Assembly (NCBI GenBank): GCA_934157205.1
Contig: CAKPHJ010000002.1
Coordinates: forward strand, 20,260-84,259
DNA: 64,000 nucleotides
DNA from: an uncultured Clostridia bacterium
Lineage (GTDB): Bacteria; Bacillota; Clostridia; TANB77; CAG-508
Reading direction: 5' to 3'
Positions 48,046-59,400 of the stretch are shown one piece after another. Numbering within the stretch: position 1 is the stretch's first letter; the number at the start of each line of letters is the position of its first letter. The notes under the pieces were generated by a model. It was not told the DNA's origin, did no database searches, and was given only the letters and a program-made list of their open reading frames with translations. Position numbers and translations under genes: made by a program.

Positions 48046-48222
48046 TCTCCTTAAATTATATTTTAATCCCTGCTATTTTATCATATATTTTTAAAAATTA
48101 CATTATTTTTTATAATTATTTTTACTATTAACGTTTTATTAGTTATAATTCATAGCTAAATTATTATGTATTATAAAAAATTAATAATATATTGTATTGT
48201 TTATTAATCTTATGAATAGTAA

Positions 48223-49173
48223 TTACATAATTATATTATCTATTGAATTTTCTCTCATTTCTTTTATTAATTTACAACTAGTGTCTAATTTTTCTTGTTC
48301 ATAATCATTTAGTTCAAGTTCTAAAAGTTCTCTTACTCCATTTTTGTTTATAATAGCTGGAACACCTATGAAAATGTCATTTTGTCCGTATTGATTTTCT
48401 AAATATGTAGAAACTGTTAGTATTGAGTTTTCGTTATCAATAATTGCTCTAACTAATCTGTTTAAAGCCATACCTATTCCATAATATGTTGCTTTCTTTT
48501 TTTCTATAATTTCATATGCTGCATTTACAACACCTTGATGAATTTTTTTCAAATCTTCCATTGGGTGCTTATTATCTTTCATTATGTCTTTTACTCTTTT
48601 ACAACCTACATAAGCATGATCCCATGGTACAAATGAAGAATCTCCATGTTCTCCCATAATGTATGCATGTATGTTTTTACTTGATACTTTTAAATAGTCA
48701 GCCATTAAATAACGAAGTCTTGCTGTATCTAATACTGTTCCTGAACCTATAACTTTATTTTTTGGTAATCCTGATACTTTCCAAACTACATATGCCATTA
48801 TATCTACTGGATTGCTTGCAACAACAATAACTCCATTAAATCCACTTTCCATTATACTTTGTGTAATTTGTTTCATAATTTTAGCATTTACTTCTGCAAG
48901 TTCTAATCTTGTTTGACCTGGTTTTTGTGCTATACCAGCTGTTATAACAACAACTTCAGCATCTTTACAATCTGAATAATCTCCTGCTTTTATTATCATT
49001 TTTTGTGGTGCATATGGTAATCCATGTGCTAAATCCATTTCTTCTCCTATTGTTTTATCTTTATCTATATCTATTAAAACAAGCTCTCCAATTCCACCTC
49101 TGTTTAACATTGAATAAGCCATGCTCATTCCTACAAAACCTGTACCTACTAGTACTACTTTACCTTTTTTCAT
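48223..49173 (-). CDS. ldh: L-lactate dehydrogenase
   Basis: 316 aa. VVLVGTGFVGMS NAD fold, ITAGIAQKPGQTRLEL, GEHGDSSFVPW. Confidence 0.9.
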   Translation of the reverse strand: MKKGKVVLVGTGFVGMSMAYSMLNRGGIGELVLIDIDKDKTIGEEMDLAHGLPYAPQKMIIKAGDYSDCKDAEVVVITAGIAQKPGQTRLELAEVNAKIMKQITQSIMESGFNGVIVVASNPVDIMAYVVWKVSGLPKNKVIGSGTVLDTARLRYLMADYLKVSSKNIHAYIMGEHGDSSFVPWDHAYVGCKRVKDIMKDNKHPMEDLKKIHQGVVNAAYEIIEKKKATYYGIGMALNRLVRAIIDNENSILTVSTYLENQYGQNDIFIGVPAIINKNGVRELLELELNDYEQEKLDTSCKLIKEMRENSIDNIIM

Positions 49174-49371
49174 ATTATTTCCTCCTTTATGTTTTACAAT
49201 ACAAATATTATAATACCTAAAATATATTTTTGCAAGTTAGATTAATTAATATATATAATATAAAAACATTGATATATAATTTTTATAAAAATGAATTTAC
49301 CATAATATCTTGTAATTATTACAAAAAAATGCTATATTAATATATAATTAATAAAAAAAGGAGTAAAAAAT

Positions 49372-49926
49372 ATGAGTTCAAATTCAAATAATGCACCTGC
49401 CTTAGCTGAAAATAAAGTCTTAATATTATATATTTTAGAACTTATAAACAATGACATTAAACAAGACGATTTATTTAAAATAATTACATCAATAAACAAC
49501 ATTAATTATTTTATATTTAAACAAATATTAACAGATTTAATAGACTCAAAGCTAGTAGGTACTTATACTAAAGAAGAAGAACAAGTTATAAAAATTACAA
49601 CAGAAGGAAAAAATGCATACCTCCTTACTAAAGATGTTTTACCAGGAATTATGAAATTAAAAGCAGACCACCTATTTAAAAAAGAATTTCTAGCAATTGA
49701 AGACGCTTCCTCTGTAATTGCTGAATTTATACCAAAAAATGAAAATGATTATACAATTAAATGCAAAATTGTTGAAAATAACGAAACAATTTTTGAAGTT
49801 AAGACTACAGCTGGTTCTAGAGAAAGAGCAAAAAAAATTGTTGAAAATTGGAAACAAAATGCAACACTTATTTATCCAAAAATATTAAATATTTTATTAG
49901 ATTCAAAAAATGAACAAAACAAATAA
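49372..49926 (+). CDS. DUF4364-like putative regulator
   Basis: 184 aa. ENKVLILYILE...NYFIFKQILTDLIDSKLV...ITTEGKNAY follows the DUF4364 winged-helix-like pattern common in Clostridia. Confidence 0.5.
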   Translation: MSSNSNNAPALAENKVLILYILELINNDIKQDDLFKIITSINNINYFIFKQILTDLIDSKLVGTYTKEEEQVIKITTEGKNAYLLTKDVLPGIMKLKADHLFKKEFLAIEDASSVIAEFIPKNENDYTIKCKIVENNETIFEVKTTAGSRERAKKIVENWKQNATLIYPKILNILLDSKNEQNK

Positions 49927-50065
49927 GAAAACCTCAATTAAATATAAATTGAAAGTTTTCTTGGATTAAGTCACAATTTTACAGCTATATAAATTATATG
50001 TTTTAAATAATATAAATTTTAATTTTACATTATTTAAAACATATATAATTAGCTGCAAATTGTGA

Positions 50066-50752
50066 CTATATTAAACATATTAAACAATATATTATTATTT
50101 TTATTATTGCACCTAAAAAGAAGTTATAATTTATGCATTTTATTCCCATATTATTTATTTTATCAAAACCTGCTACTAATTCTTGAATTTCTTCTTTTGA
50201 AGATATTTTTGCTTCTTCCATATATTCTTTTGCTAAAAATCTCGCTTTAATCATAGCGTCATTTTCTAGGTAAACTCTAACTAGATAATATACCATACTT
50301 AATAAAAACAAAATATTTAAGTAAATAGATTTGTTATTAAGCATTTTAAACATTGCTAATATACATATTGTAATATAATATATTATATATATATTTGAAA
50401 ATATGAAGTTAAACATTAAAATTTTTTTGTCTTGTATTGAATGCAAACATTCATGTGCTATAGTTTGAATTCTCGTATATGTATTTTGTATATTTGCTAT
50501 TACAATTTTGTTAGATATAGCAATATACAAGCTTGCTTGTGCTTCATTATTTTCTTCTATTTTTACATTTTCATTGTTTAGTTTTTTTAAATAGCTTTTG
50601 CATAATTCTAAATTACTTGGATATTTTTTTGATATTTCGTCTAGCTTTTCATCTTTTCCAATTTCTTTTAATTTTTTTATTTTATATCCAAATATAATTT
50701 TTAATATTACTAAAAATATTAATGATATTATTATAATAATTGCAAAATCCAT
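50066..50752 (-). CDS. membrane protein with HExxH motif (putative zinc metalloprotease)
   Basis: 228 aa. N-terminal TM, TIAHECLHSIQD (HExxH), and further TM helices. Confidence 0.45.
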   Translation of the reverse strand: MDFAIIIIISLIFLVILKIIFGYKIKKLKEIGKDEKLDEISKKYPSNLELCKSYLKKLNNENVKIEENNEAQASLYIAISNKIVIANIQNTYTRIQTIAHECLHSIQDKKILMFNFIFSNIYIIYYITICILAMFKMLNNKSIYLNILFLLSMVYYLVRVYLENDAMIKARFLAKEYMEEAKISSKEEIQELVAGFDKINNMGIKCINYNFFLGAIIKIIIYCLICLI

Positions 50753-50771
50753 ATTTTTATCCCCTTTTATT

Positions 50772-51107
50772 TTACTGCATAACGTCTCTTATTGCTTCTC
50801 CTATTATTTTATTAATATCTGCTACAATTATATTGAATTTTGTTTCTGCTTCAAAATATTTTTTTGCTTCGTCTATTTCTATTAGTTCTGCATAAAGTTC
50901 TTGAATTTCTTTATATTTTTCTTCATCTTGTTTTCCTGTTTGCATTGTTATAAGTTGTACTTCATAACGTTTTTGTTCAAATGTAGTTATTTTTTTCTTC
51001 AATTCTAAATTTAAATTTATTGCTTGTTTTGCCATTTTAAAATTAACATATTCTTCTGATTGTTTTATTTCTTGTGCTAATCTATTTGCTGTATCATAAA
51101 TATTCAT
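50772..51107 (-). CDS. YlbF/YmcA family regulatory protein
   Basis: MNIYDTANRLAQEIKQSEEYVNFKMAKQ... is typical of YlbF. I place the start at the ATG at 51107, behind gaagga. The track ORF start at 51158 overlaps the upstream gene. Confidence 0.65.
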   Translation of the reverse strand: MNIYDTANRLAQEIKQSEEYVNFKMAKQAINLNLELKKKITTFEQKRYEVQLITMQTGKQDEEKYKEIQELYAELIEIDEAKKYFEAETKFNIIVADINKIIGEAIRDVMQ

Positions 51108-51127
51108 TTTTATAAATTCCTTCTTTC

Positions 51128-52189
51128 TTAAAATGTAACTTTTGCATTTGTAGGACATATGTGTACAAATGTATTTCCATCGTTCACATTTATTTCTTTT
51201 CCATTTAAATCTTTATATATTGTTTGCTCTTCTCTGCTATTTTTTATACATTGAATTTTTATTGCTTTTCCATTTGTAATATAATATCCATCAAATGTTC
51301 CAATATTTTTTAGCCCTTGCCTTCCTTTGTTTTCACTGTCATTTAATGTATAATTGTCGCAAAACTCTATTATTATATTTTTTGTTGTTATTGTATTTTT
51401 TGTATCCCAATCTTGTTGTATTTTGTTTCTTGCATATCTTTCGTATACTTTTTCTTCTTGATTATATACATATTTTACTGTTTGAAGTGTTGAATGTGGT
51501 ATAGTAACTGTATTTGCTATTTCTCCTTCTTCAAGATTTACTTCTGTTGTTACATAATTTAAAACACTTTTTTTATTTGATGTGATTTTATATTTTTTAC
51601 TTTTTGCTGAATTTAATAATTTTTTTGAACTTGTTACAGCATTATGTGGCTGTGTTTTATCTTTAACTCTCCAAAATGTTGTACCATCTTCAGATATGCC
51701 ATTTATATCATTTATGCTATATTTTTTTATGTCACTTTGAGCTTGTGGACTTTGGCCAAAATGTGTATAAATTGCATCATTTTCCATTGCATAATCAATA
51801 AAATAGTGTCTTGCACTTCTTACAGGTCCTATTTTTTCTAGTTCAGCATTTTTAAATAAAGCCATTAATCTTGTTTCTCCGCCTTCTACAACTATTTCAT
51901 ATACCATATAGGCTTTTTGTAATCCTGCTTGTGGCCATGCTTCACTATGATTATCTATCATAACAGCAAATGGTCTTGCATTTCCTTTAAATATGTTTAT
52001 TTCATTATCATTGCTTTCTTGTATTATTTCTTCATTATCTGTTGTATCTCCTATTGTTTGTTCAACATTTTGTTTATCTTTTTTTATTTTATATGCAAGT
52101 CCTACTCCAGATAAGATAATTATCAATATTAAAATAAATATTAATATTTTTGTACCATTGTTTTTTTCTTTTTCTTTGTATCTTGCCAT
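51128..52189 (-). CDS. DUF3048 domain protein (YerB-like)
   Basis: TM anchor, PFAVMIDNHSEAWPQAGLQKAYMVYEIVVEGGETRLMALF, GPVRSARHYF. I place the start at the ATG at 52189, behind GGAGG. Confidence 0.7.
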   Translation of the reverse strand: MARYKEKEKNNGTKILIFILILIIILSGVGLAYKIKKDKQNVEQTIGDTTDNEEIIQESNDNEINIFKGNARPFAVMIDNHSEAWPQAGLQKAYMVYEIVVEGGETRLMALFKNAELEKIGPVRSARHYFIDYAMENDAIYTHFGQSPQAQSDIKKYSINDINGISEDGTTFWRVKDKTQPHNAVTSSKKLLNSAKSKKYKITSNKKSVLNYVTTEVNLEEGEIANTVTIPHSTLQTVKYVYNQEEKVYERYARNKIQQDWDTKNTITTKNIIIEFCDNYTLNDSENKGRQGLKNIGTFDGYYITNGKAIKIQCIKNSREEQTIYKDLNGKEINVNDGNTFVHICPTNAKVTF

Positions 52190-52208
52190 AAAACCTCCAT
52201 AAAATTGG

Positions 52209-52682
52209 TTATCTTTCAATTTTTAGCTTTTGTAAAACATTTTCTTCTTTTGGTCTCATTATAATTTTGTCTTCTTCTTTTATATGATCATAGCCCATTA
52301 AATGGTAAAAACCATGTACAACCATATAGCTTAATTCTCTTTCGAAACTATGACCATATTCTTTTGCTTGTTCTTCTACTCTTTTTATTGATATTATAAT
52401 GTCTCCTAAAATGTCTTCATGTTTAAAGTCTTTTTCTTTTATTTTGTTTTCAAGTTCTTCTTTTTCAAACATAGGAAAAGACAATACATCTGTTTCTTTG
52501 TCTATTCCTCTGTATTCATTATTTATTTTACGAATGTTTTCAGGTGTTGTTAAAGTTATTGTTATACATAAATTAGAGTTTTCCATATGTTCTTCTTTGT
52601 AACACTGTGTTATAACTCTTTTTATTGTATTTTCATATTCTTCATTTTTTTCTATATCTTCATAAATTATTTCATAAAACAT
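52209..52682 (-). CDS. ybeY: rRNA maturation RNase YbeY
   Basis: 157 aa. HGFYHLMGYDH zinc motif. Confidence 0.9.
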   Translation of the reverse strand: MFYEIIYEDIEKNEEYENTIKRVITQCYKEEHMENSNLCITITLTTPENIRKINNEYRGIDKETDVLSFPMFEKEELENKIKEKDFKHEDILGDIIISIKRVEEQAKEYGHSFERELSYMVVHGFYHLMGYDHIKEEDKIIMRPKEENVLQKLKIER

Positions 52683-52683
52683 A

Positions 52684-53895
52684 TTATGCTACTTCCTTAA
52701 TTTTTATGTATTTTCCTTCTGATTTATATGAATTTTTTACTTGTTTTAAAACTCCATAATCAGCTAATTTTCTTTTATAATATTTTATTATTCTTGAGTA
52801 ATCTGTTTTTTGATTTTTTAGTTGTTTCATATCATTTTTTATAAATAAAATTTCCTTTTGTTTTGTGTATTCTATAAAGTCTACTTCTTTCATTTTAGAT
52901 ATTTCTTTATATTTGTTCCAGAATTTTTTGTATTTGTCTCTTTGTTTTGCTGTTTCCCAATATACTTTAGTTGATAACAATTTTACATTGTAATCTTCAA
53001 TTAAACTCATAAGCATTGAATATGCTTTTTCTCTTTTTACTGCTATTTTTGTGTCTTGTACTAGTATTCTTGCATCTTTTAATAATTTTTCATAACATTG
53101 TTCTGCTACAATTAATGGTAAACTATGTGTAAATAGTTTTCTGCTTATTCCTAATAAAATCATATTTTTTTCTATTGTGTCTCTTGTGTCTAGTTTTCCA
53201 ACTGTATATGCTTCATATTTTTCATATTCTGATACTATTTTTTTAAGACTTTCGTCATAATTTAATTCTAGTTTTAAAGATAATATGTTTTCTATATAAT
53301 CTTCTAATGTGTAAAAAATTTTAGTATAAATCCAATCTTTAGTAGAGTCATATGCATTTGTTGTGTCTGCTACTTTTATTGAATAGTTTTTTAAAATTGA
53401 TTTGTATAATGTGTCCATTTTTGATATATAAAATTTATTATATCTTTCTATTAGTTTTTCTTTTCCGTTTACTTTTATTCCTTCATAGTCTAGGTCTATT
53501 AAGTATTTTTGTTTTCTGTATTTGTATTCTATGTATTCATTTTCTTTTAAACTTGTTACTTCATAATATTTTGATAGTGCATTTTTTTCAAATTCTGATG
53601 CAGTATTGTTTTTTACTTTTTTATATATAGAATCCATTACATATTTGTCTAATGATTCTAAGTAGGTTTCATATGCTAAATCATATTTTTTTTCTAGTTC
53701 ATCTTGGTTATAATTTTTGTTGTTTTCTGATTTATATGCTTCATATGCCTTTAAAAGACTATTTCTTTTTATTGATATTAACATTCCATTGATCCCTATT
53801 TTTGTAGGTATCATAATTTTTGTTAATGTTTTTGATATTTTATCAAAAAATGTTGTATTTGTTCCTGTTATTCTAAGACTTCTTTCTTCTACCAT
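52684..53895 (-). CDS. hypothetical K/Y-rich protein
   Basis: 403-aa ORF abutting ybeY, with a 1-nt gap. No motif recognised. Confidence 0.55.
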   Translation of the reverse strand: MVEERSLRITGTNTTFFDKISKTLTKIMIPTKIGINGMLISIKRNSLLKAYEAYKSENNKNYNQDELEKKYDLAYETYLESLDKYVMDSIYKKVKNNTASEFEKNALSKYYEVTSLKENEYIEYKYRKQKYLIDLDYEGIKVNGKEKLIERYNKFYISKMDTLYKSILKNYSIKVADTTNAYDSTKDWIYTKIFYTLEDYIENILSLKLELNYDESLKKIVSEYEKYEAYTVGKLDTRDTIEKNMILLGISRKLFTHSLPLIVAEQCYEKLLKDARILVQDTKIAVKREKAYSMLMSLIEDYNVKLLSTKVYWETAKQRDKYKKFWNKYKEISKMKEVDFIEYTKQKEILFIKNDMKQLKNQKTDYSRIIKYYKRKLADYGVLKQVKNSYKSEGKYIKIKEVA

Positions 53896-53910
53896 ATTTT
53901 AATCATCCCT

Positions 53911-55107
53911 TCAAAATACAATTTTTTCATTAGTCCCTATATTTTCTAATACTTCATATGTAATATAGATGTCTATTCCATCTTCTTTTTCGTAAGTATT
54001 AATATTTTTATTAATTATAGATTTTTCTCCAATTTCTTTTTTTAGCTCTTCTTCTAATTCTTGAGCTCCTATGTTTTTTGCTTGTTCTGCATTGTAATTT
54101 TCTTCTACTTCTTCTATTTCTTTATAGGTTGCTTTTTCTAGTGAAATTGGCAAGTAAAAATCTGAAAATATTTTAAACCTTTTTTCTTCCTCTATTGTAT
54201 CATAAATTTTAAATTTTGAAACCCTTTTATTAAAATTTATTTTAAAATTATTTACTTTTAAAGAATACTTATTTTCGCTGTTCCCTGTTTCTTTTCTTTT
54301 TATATTTTTATACATGATTTTTTTGTTTTTTGTATACCAAACTCGTGCTTCAATATTGCCTTTTGCATGTACATATCTTATACCTGTATATTTTCCTTCC
54401 ATCCAGCCATTTATTAAAATATCTCCTACATTTACAGTATCTCCTACTTTTACATTTGAAGTTCCAGTTTGACTATTTATTTTTGTTATTACACCTGCTT
54501 TATCTGAAACAATATTACAATATTCATTTTCATCTATAATTTCTGGTTTTATTTCTGCACTTACAATTTTAACTATTGCATTTGTTCCCTTAAGTTCAAT
54601 TCCCATCCAAGCAATATCATTTCTTTGTAATCGTATTTTATTAATAATATCTTTTGTATTTATTTTACTTTTTAATACTCCACTTTTTAATCCTTCTTGT
54701 TCTAGCTCTTTTTTTATTTCCTCAATTTTTGCATTATTATTTTCTTTTTCATTTTCATCTTTTACTTCTACATTCCAAACAAAATTTGAAGAAAGTAATA
54801 TAAAAAAGCATATAATACACAATAAAAAAATAAATATTTTTCTTTTTTTATGTTTATTCACAAAAAAAGGTAATCCTCTTTTGTTTTCTATTTTTACTTT
54901 GCACTTTACCTTTTTAGCTATACTACAAACTTTTTTAAAGTCTTTAACACTACATCTAAATATTAAAAAAATTTCTCCATTTCTTTTCAATTTCCAAATT
55001 ACTATTCCACTATTTTTACATATATTAATAAATCTTTCTATATAATATCCCTCTATTTTCACTGTAACATACCCTAATATGTAACTCAATAAAATTTTAA
55101 TTATCAT
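53911..55107 (-). CDS. yqfD: sporulation protein YqfD
   Basis: 398 aa. N-terminal region, central TM (IFIFLLCIICFFILLSSNFVWNV) and C-terminal beta-rich domain. It sits directly after yqfC. Confidence 0.8.
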   Translation of the reverse strand: MIIKILLSYILGYVTVKIEGYYIERFINICKNSGIVIWKLKRNGEIFLIFRCSVKDFKKVCSIAKKVKCKVKIENKRGLPFFVNKHKKRKIFIFLLCIICFFILLSSNFVWNVEVKDENEKENNNAKIEEIKKELEQEGLKSGVLKSKINTKDIINKIRLQRNDIAWMGIELKGTNAIVKIVSAEIKPEIIDENEYCNIVSDKAGVITKINSQTGTSNVKVGDTVNVGDILINGWMEGKYTGIRYVHAKGNIEARVWYTKNKKIMYKNIKRKETGNSENKYSLKVNNFKINFNKRVSKFKIYDTIEEEKRFKIFSDFYLPISLEKATYKEIEEVEENYNAEQAKNIGAQELEEELKKEIGEKSIINKNINTYEKEDGIDIYITYEVLENIGTNEKIVF

Positions 55108-55216
55108 CTTATTATTGTATGATATTAAAATATACCATACACTCCTTGTATAATATATTTAGATTTTTAAATAAAGGATTTACCTATAAACCTACTGTTG
55201 AAATTTACATCTTATT

Positions 55217-55498
55217 TTACTCATCAATTGCTCTTTCAATATCAAAGCTTTCTATTTTTCCTGTAATTTTTATGTCATCATCTGTCATATTTTCTAAATT
55301 TAAATTATATCCATTTACATTTATAATACCAATATGAGTTCCTATTTTCACAAAAAATTCCTCATATTCCAATATTCCTTTATAATTTTCAATAATCATT
55401 TCATTAAATCCAACAATTGTAACTTTAGGAATATTTGAACAAACTTCTTGTGGTAATTCTAAAATTTTATCAAATTTACTATACTTCTTATTTTTCAC
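55217..55498 (-). CDS. yqfC: sporulation protein YqfC
   Basis: 93 aa. LELPQEVCSNIPKVTIVGFNEMIIENYKGILEYEE...ITGKIESF. Confidence 0.8.
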   Translation of the reverse strand: MKNKKYSKFDKILELPQEVCSNIPKVTIVGFNEMIIENYKGILEYEEFFVKIGTHIGIINVNGYNLNLENMTDDDIKITGKIESFDIERAIDE

Positions 55499-55530
55499 AA
55501 AAATCCTCCCTAAAAATTTGTTATTACTAA

Positions 55531-56343
55531 TTATAGTAATTTAAACTCATATCCTTCATTTTTTGCCTCTTTTATTATTGCATCTAATATATTTGTGTTT
55601 GTTTTTGAATTACCATGTAATAACATTATTTCACCATTATGAAAATTTTTTATAATTTTTTCTTTACTAGATGATTCATCTGGTTGTTTATTTTCATTCC
55701 AATCTTGATAAGCAAAAGACCACATTACTGTTTTATATCCTAGTGAACTTGTATATTTTAAAGTTCTTTCACTAAATTCACCCATAGGTGGTCTTAGAAA
55801 TTTCATTTCGTACCCAAATTTATCATATAAAACTTGATGTAATTCCATTACTTCTTTATTAATTTCTTCATCTGATAAATCTGGCATACTTTTATGGTTT
55901 ACTGTATGGTTACCTATAATATGTCCCTCATCTATCATTCTTTTTACTAAATCTGGATTTGTATTTACATAGTGTGCTGTTAAGAAAAATATAGCTTTAA
56001 CATCATTATCTTTTAATGTATTTAAAATAGATTCTGTATATCCCGCTTCATATCCTTCATCAAATGTTAAATATATATACTTATTTTCATTACTACCTAA
56101 ACAAATTCCTCCATTTTCTTCTAATACTTGCCTATTATAACTACCTACGTCTGGTTGTTCATGAGTGTTGCTTCTTTTTATTCCCCAACCTATTTTTTTA
56201 TTGCTTACTGCATTTGCATTAGTTTTTATTACATTACAATCTGTATTATTTATTAATATTACACTTAAAAAAAATATTATTGCTGTAATAGCTATTGCAA
56301 TCCATATTTTTGCTTTATTTTTCATAAAATCATTCCTTTCCAA
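55531..56343 (-). CDS. pdaA: polysaccharide deacetylase, PdaA-like delta-lactam-biosynthetic de-N-acetylase
   Basis: 270 aa. Signal/TM. NodB motifs YLTFDEGYEAGYT, GHIIGNHTVNH, LRPPMGEF. Confidence 0.75.
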   Translation of the reverse strand: MERNDFMKNKAKIWIAIAITAIIFFLSVILINNTDCNVIKTNANAVSNKKIGWGIKRSNTHEQPDVGSYNRQVLEENGGICLGSNENKYIYLTFDEGYEAGYTESILNTLKDNDVKAIFFLTAHYVNTNPDLVKRMIDEGHIIGNHTVNHKSMPDLSDEEINKEVMELHQVLYDKFGYEMKFLRPPMGEFSERTLKYTSSLGYKTVMWSFAYQDWNENKQPDESSSKEKIIKNFHNGEIMLLHGNSKTNTNILDAIIKEAKNEGYEFKLL

Positions 56344-56418
56344 TCTTAAATCTTAATTTTTTAAACACTTTAGTTAATTTTATGAATATATATTTTTAAA
56401 AAGAACAAATTAGAACGC

Positions 56419-56442
56419 AAAAAAGAGCTTCTCAGCTCTTTT
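56419..56442 (-). terminator. rho-independent terminator of the giant surface-protein gene
   Basis: Stem aaaagagct / agctctttt with loop tctc, immediately after the TAA at 56443-56445. A T5 run follows on the minus strand. Confidence 0.65.
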
Positions 56443-59400
56443 TTAGTCTATATTAAGTTCTTCCCCAGAGTTTATATTTCCAGATTTATCTATAACTGTA
56501 CCATCTTGTATTTTTACTGTAATTCTACCACTCCAATTTGTATATTCTCTGTCATAATCTATTTGAGTTCTAGGGTCTTTAAAGTTAGATAATACTAATG
56601 TGTATTTTTCACCATATTGAACTTGTTCATTATTTCTTATTTCATATAAAGGTTCTTTTGTTAATGTTTTTCCAACAGTATTTGTTTCTTCTCCATCTAT
56701 GTAAACTTTTATTTTTTCTTCTGTAATATTTTCAGAATCAAAATACTTGTCTACTGCTCTAAATACTAATGTAGCTGTTTTATTTTCTTGTGATTTTGAA
56801 GATTCTATTTTATAAATTCTAGGTTTTATAAAATCTACTGTGCCCATATCTAATGTTGTTTTCTTATTTGTATTTGTATAATTATCTAATAATGTTCCTG
56901 AATCTATAACAAGTTTTACATTACCACTATAATCTAAATAATTTCTTCCAGATATTATATCATTTTGTTCGAATCCTGTTATTTCTAAATTATAGTTTAT
57001 TCCATATTTTATTCCATTGTTTGTTATTTCTGTACCATTTCCAAGTTTTTTATTTACTTTACTTGTTACATCTTCTCCATCTACAAAAACTTTTATTTTA
57101 TCTGTTGTTAAACTTCCAGATTTAAAGTATTTATCAGTTCCTTCTAAATCTACAGTTAATTTTTTATTAGATTTTAGTATGTTTTTAGCGTTCCAAACAG
57201 GATCAACAACATCTACTACTTGTTCTGTTTTATTATTTCCTGTTGGTTCATCTACTCCTACTGTTATAGTTTTAGCAACATTTCCATTTCCAGCTTTATC
57301 TAAAACAATATCAGAATTTAGTGCTACTGTTACATAACCAGAATAATCTGTTCCTTTTCCTTGATCTAAGTTGCTTACTACTAATGTGTATTTTACTCCA
57401 TTTTGAATATCTTCTTTAGTTAAACTTCTTTCTGCTTTTGTCCAATCTGGTTGAACTCCATCAATTTTTATTGTCATTTTTGACCAATTTATAGTGCTTC
57501 CTTGTATTAATGATTGACTTTCATAATGAGTATCTGTTACTGTCCAAATTATAGTAACTTGTTTCTTTTCATGATCAATTACTGTATTTGCATATTTGTA
57601 GGTGATTTGAGGTGGGGTATTATCAAATACATATGTTCCATATCTTCTACAATTTATATTGTTTAAATTAACAGTTGTAGAATTGCTTGATTCATTTAAA
57701 ACTGTATCTTTAATTTCTTTTACAAATAAGTAATATGTTCCTGTTAAGCCTGACCCTAGGTTAAATGCTGTTCCACTTGTGTAATTTTTCCAACTTCCTC
57801 CTACTAAACTTGTAGAACTTGTAGATAAATAATATTGATAACTATTTGTAGTTAGAAGTCCTGCTGGTCCAACATCTGCTACTGTAATTGTTACATTTTT
57901 ATTTTTACATACTGTAACATTTTCTGGTGATACTGTTATTGTTGGTGCACTATTATCAAATATATATGCTCCATATCTATGCCATTTTTCATTATTTATT
58001 GTTACAATAGTTCCTCCTGTAGTACTTGCATTTCCTAATGTATCTTGAACTTGTTTTACAAATAAGTAATATGTTCCTGTTAAGTTTGAACCTATATTAA
58101 ATGATGTTCCACTTGTATAATTTACTTCACTTCCACCTGTTAAACTTGTACTACTTGTAGATAAATAATATTGATATTTATTGCTATTTGAAAGTCCTGC
58201 TGTTCCTACTTCTGCTACTGTTATTTTTATATCTTTATTTTTACATACTAATGTACTTTCTGGTGATACTGTTATTGTTGGTTCACTATTATCAAATTCA
58301 TATGGTCCATATCTATGCCATTTTGCATTGTTTATTGTTACAACTGTTCCATCTTGTATACTATTATTTCCTACATTATCTTGAATTTGTTTTACAAATA
58401 AATAATATGTTCCGGTTAGGCCTGAACCTATATTAAATGCTGTTCCACTTGTGTAGTTTACTTCACTTCCACCAGTTAAACTTGTACTACTTGTAGATAA
58501 ATAATATTTATAAGTATTTGAACTAGATAATCCTGTTCCAATATCATTTGTAATTATTGTTACATTTGTATTTTTGCATACTGTTGTTGATTCTGGTGAT
58601 ACTGTTATTGTTGGTTCAATAAAGTCTATAGTTTGTACATTTAAGTCTGTTTGTTTATTTTTATTTCCTGTTGTATCTGTTAAAGTATTTGCCGCAACTC
58701 TTACAAAACCTTCACCAGTAATGCTTCCTACATTTGTTATTGTAACTTGATATGTTATTGTTTCTGTTCCTTTTGTTGGTGTTCCAATTGTAAATTTAGC
58801 ATTAGTTTGTTTTGTATTATTTACATATAAACTTAAACTTGATGTAGTAAGTGAACTTACATTTGAATTTGATGTTGCATTTAAATATTTATCACTTCCT
58901 ACAATTTTAAATGATATAGATTTGTTATTTAAATCTTTTGAAACTTCTGCAATTTGCCATATAGGACTTACAACATCTATTGGTATTTCTTCACCCGTGT
59001 CATAAGTAATAGTCATAGTTTTACTTGCATTTACATTTCCAGCTATATCTTCTGCAAATCCCTTTGGGAATATAAGTGATAATGTTCCACTATATAAATA
59101 TCCATCTCCTTCGTCAAATCCTGACAATGTTAATGTATATTGTTTTCCATTTTCTATGCTTACTGCATCTGATAAGCTCTTTTTAATATGTGTTTCTGAA
59201 CTTGAATATCCTGCTATTTTAAAGTCTATTTTATCTACTGTTAAATTAGAAACTTTAAAATGCTCATCTGTTACAGTAAATGTAACTGCAACTGTTTTAT
59301 CTGTTACATTTATATTTGGGTTGTTTGTTTTTACATATTTATAATTTATTTCTGGTGCTTTATTATCAAAAACATATGGTCCAAATCTTTGGTATTCTGT

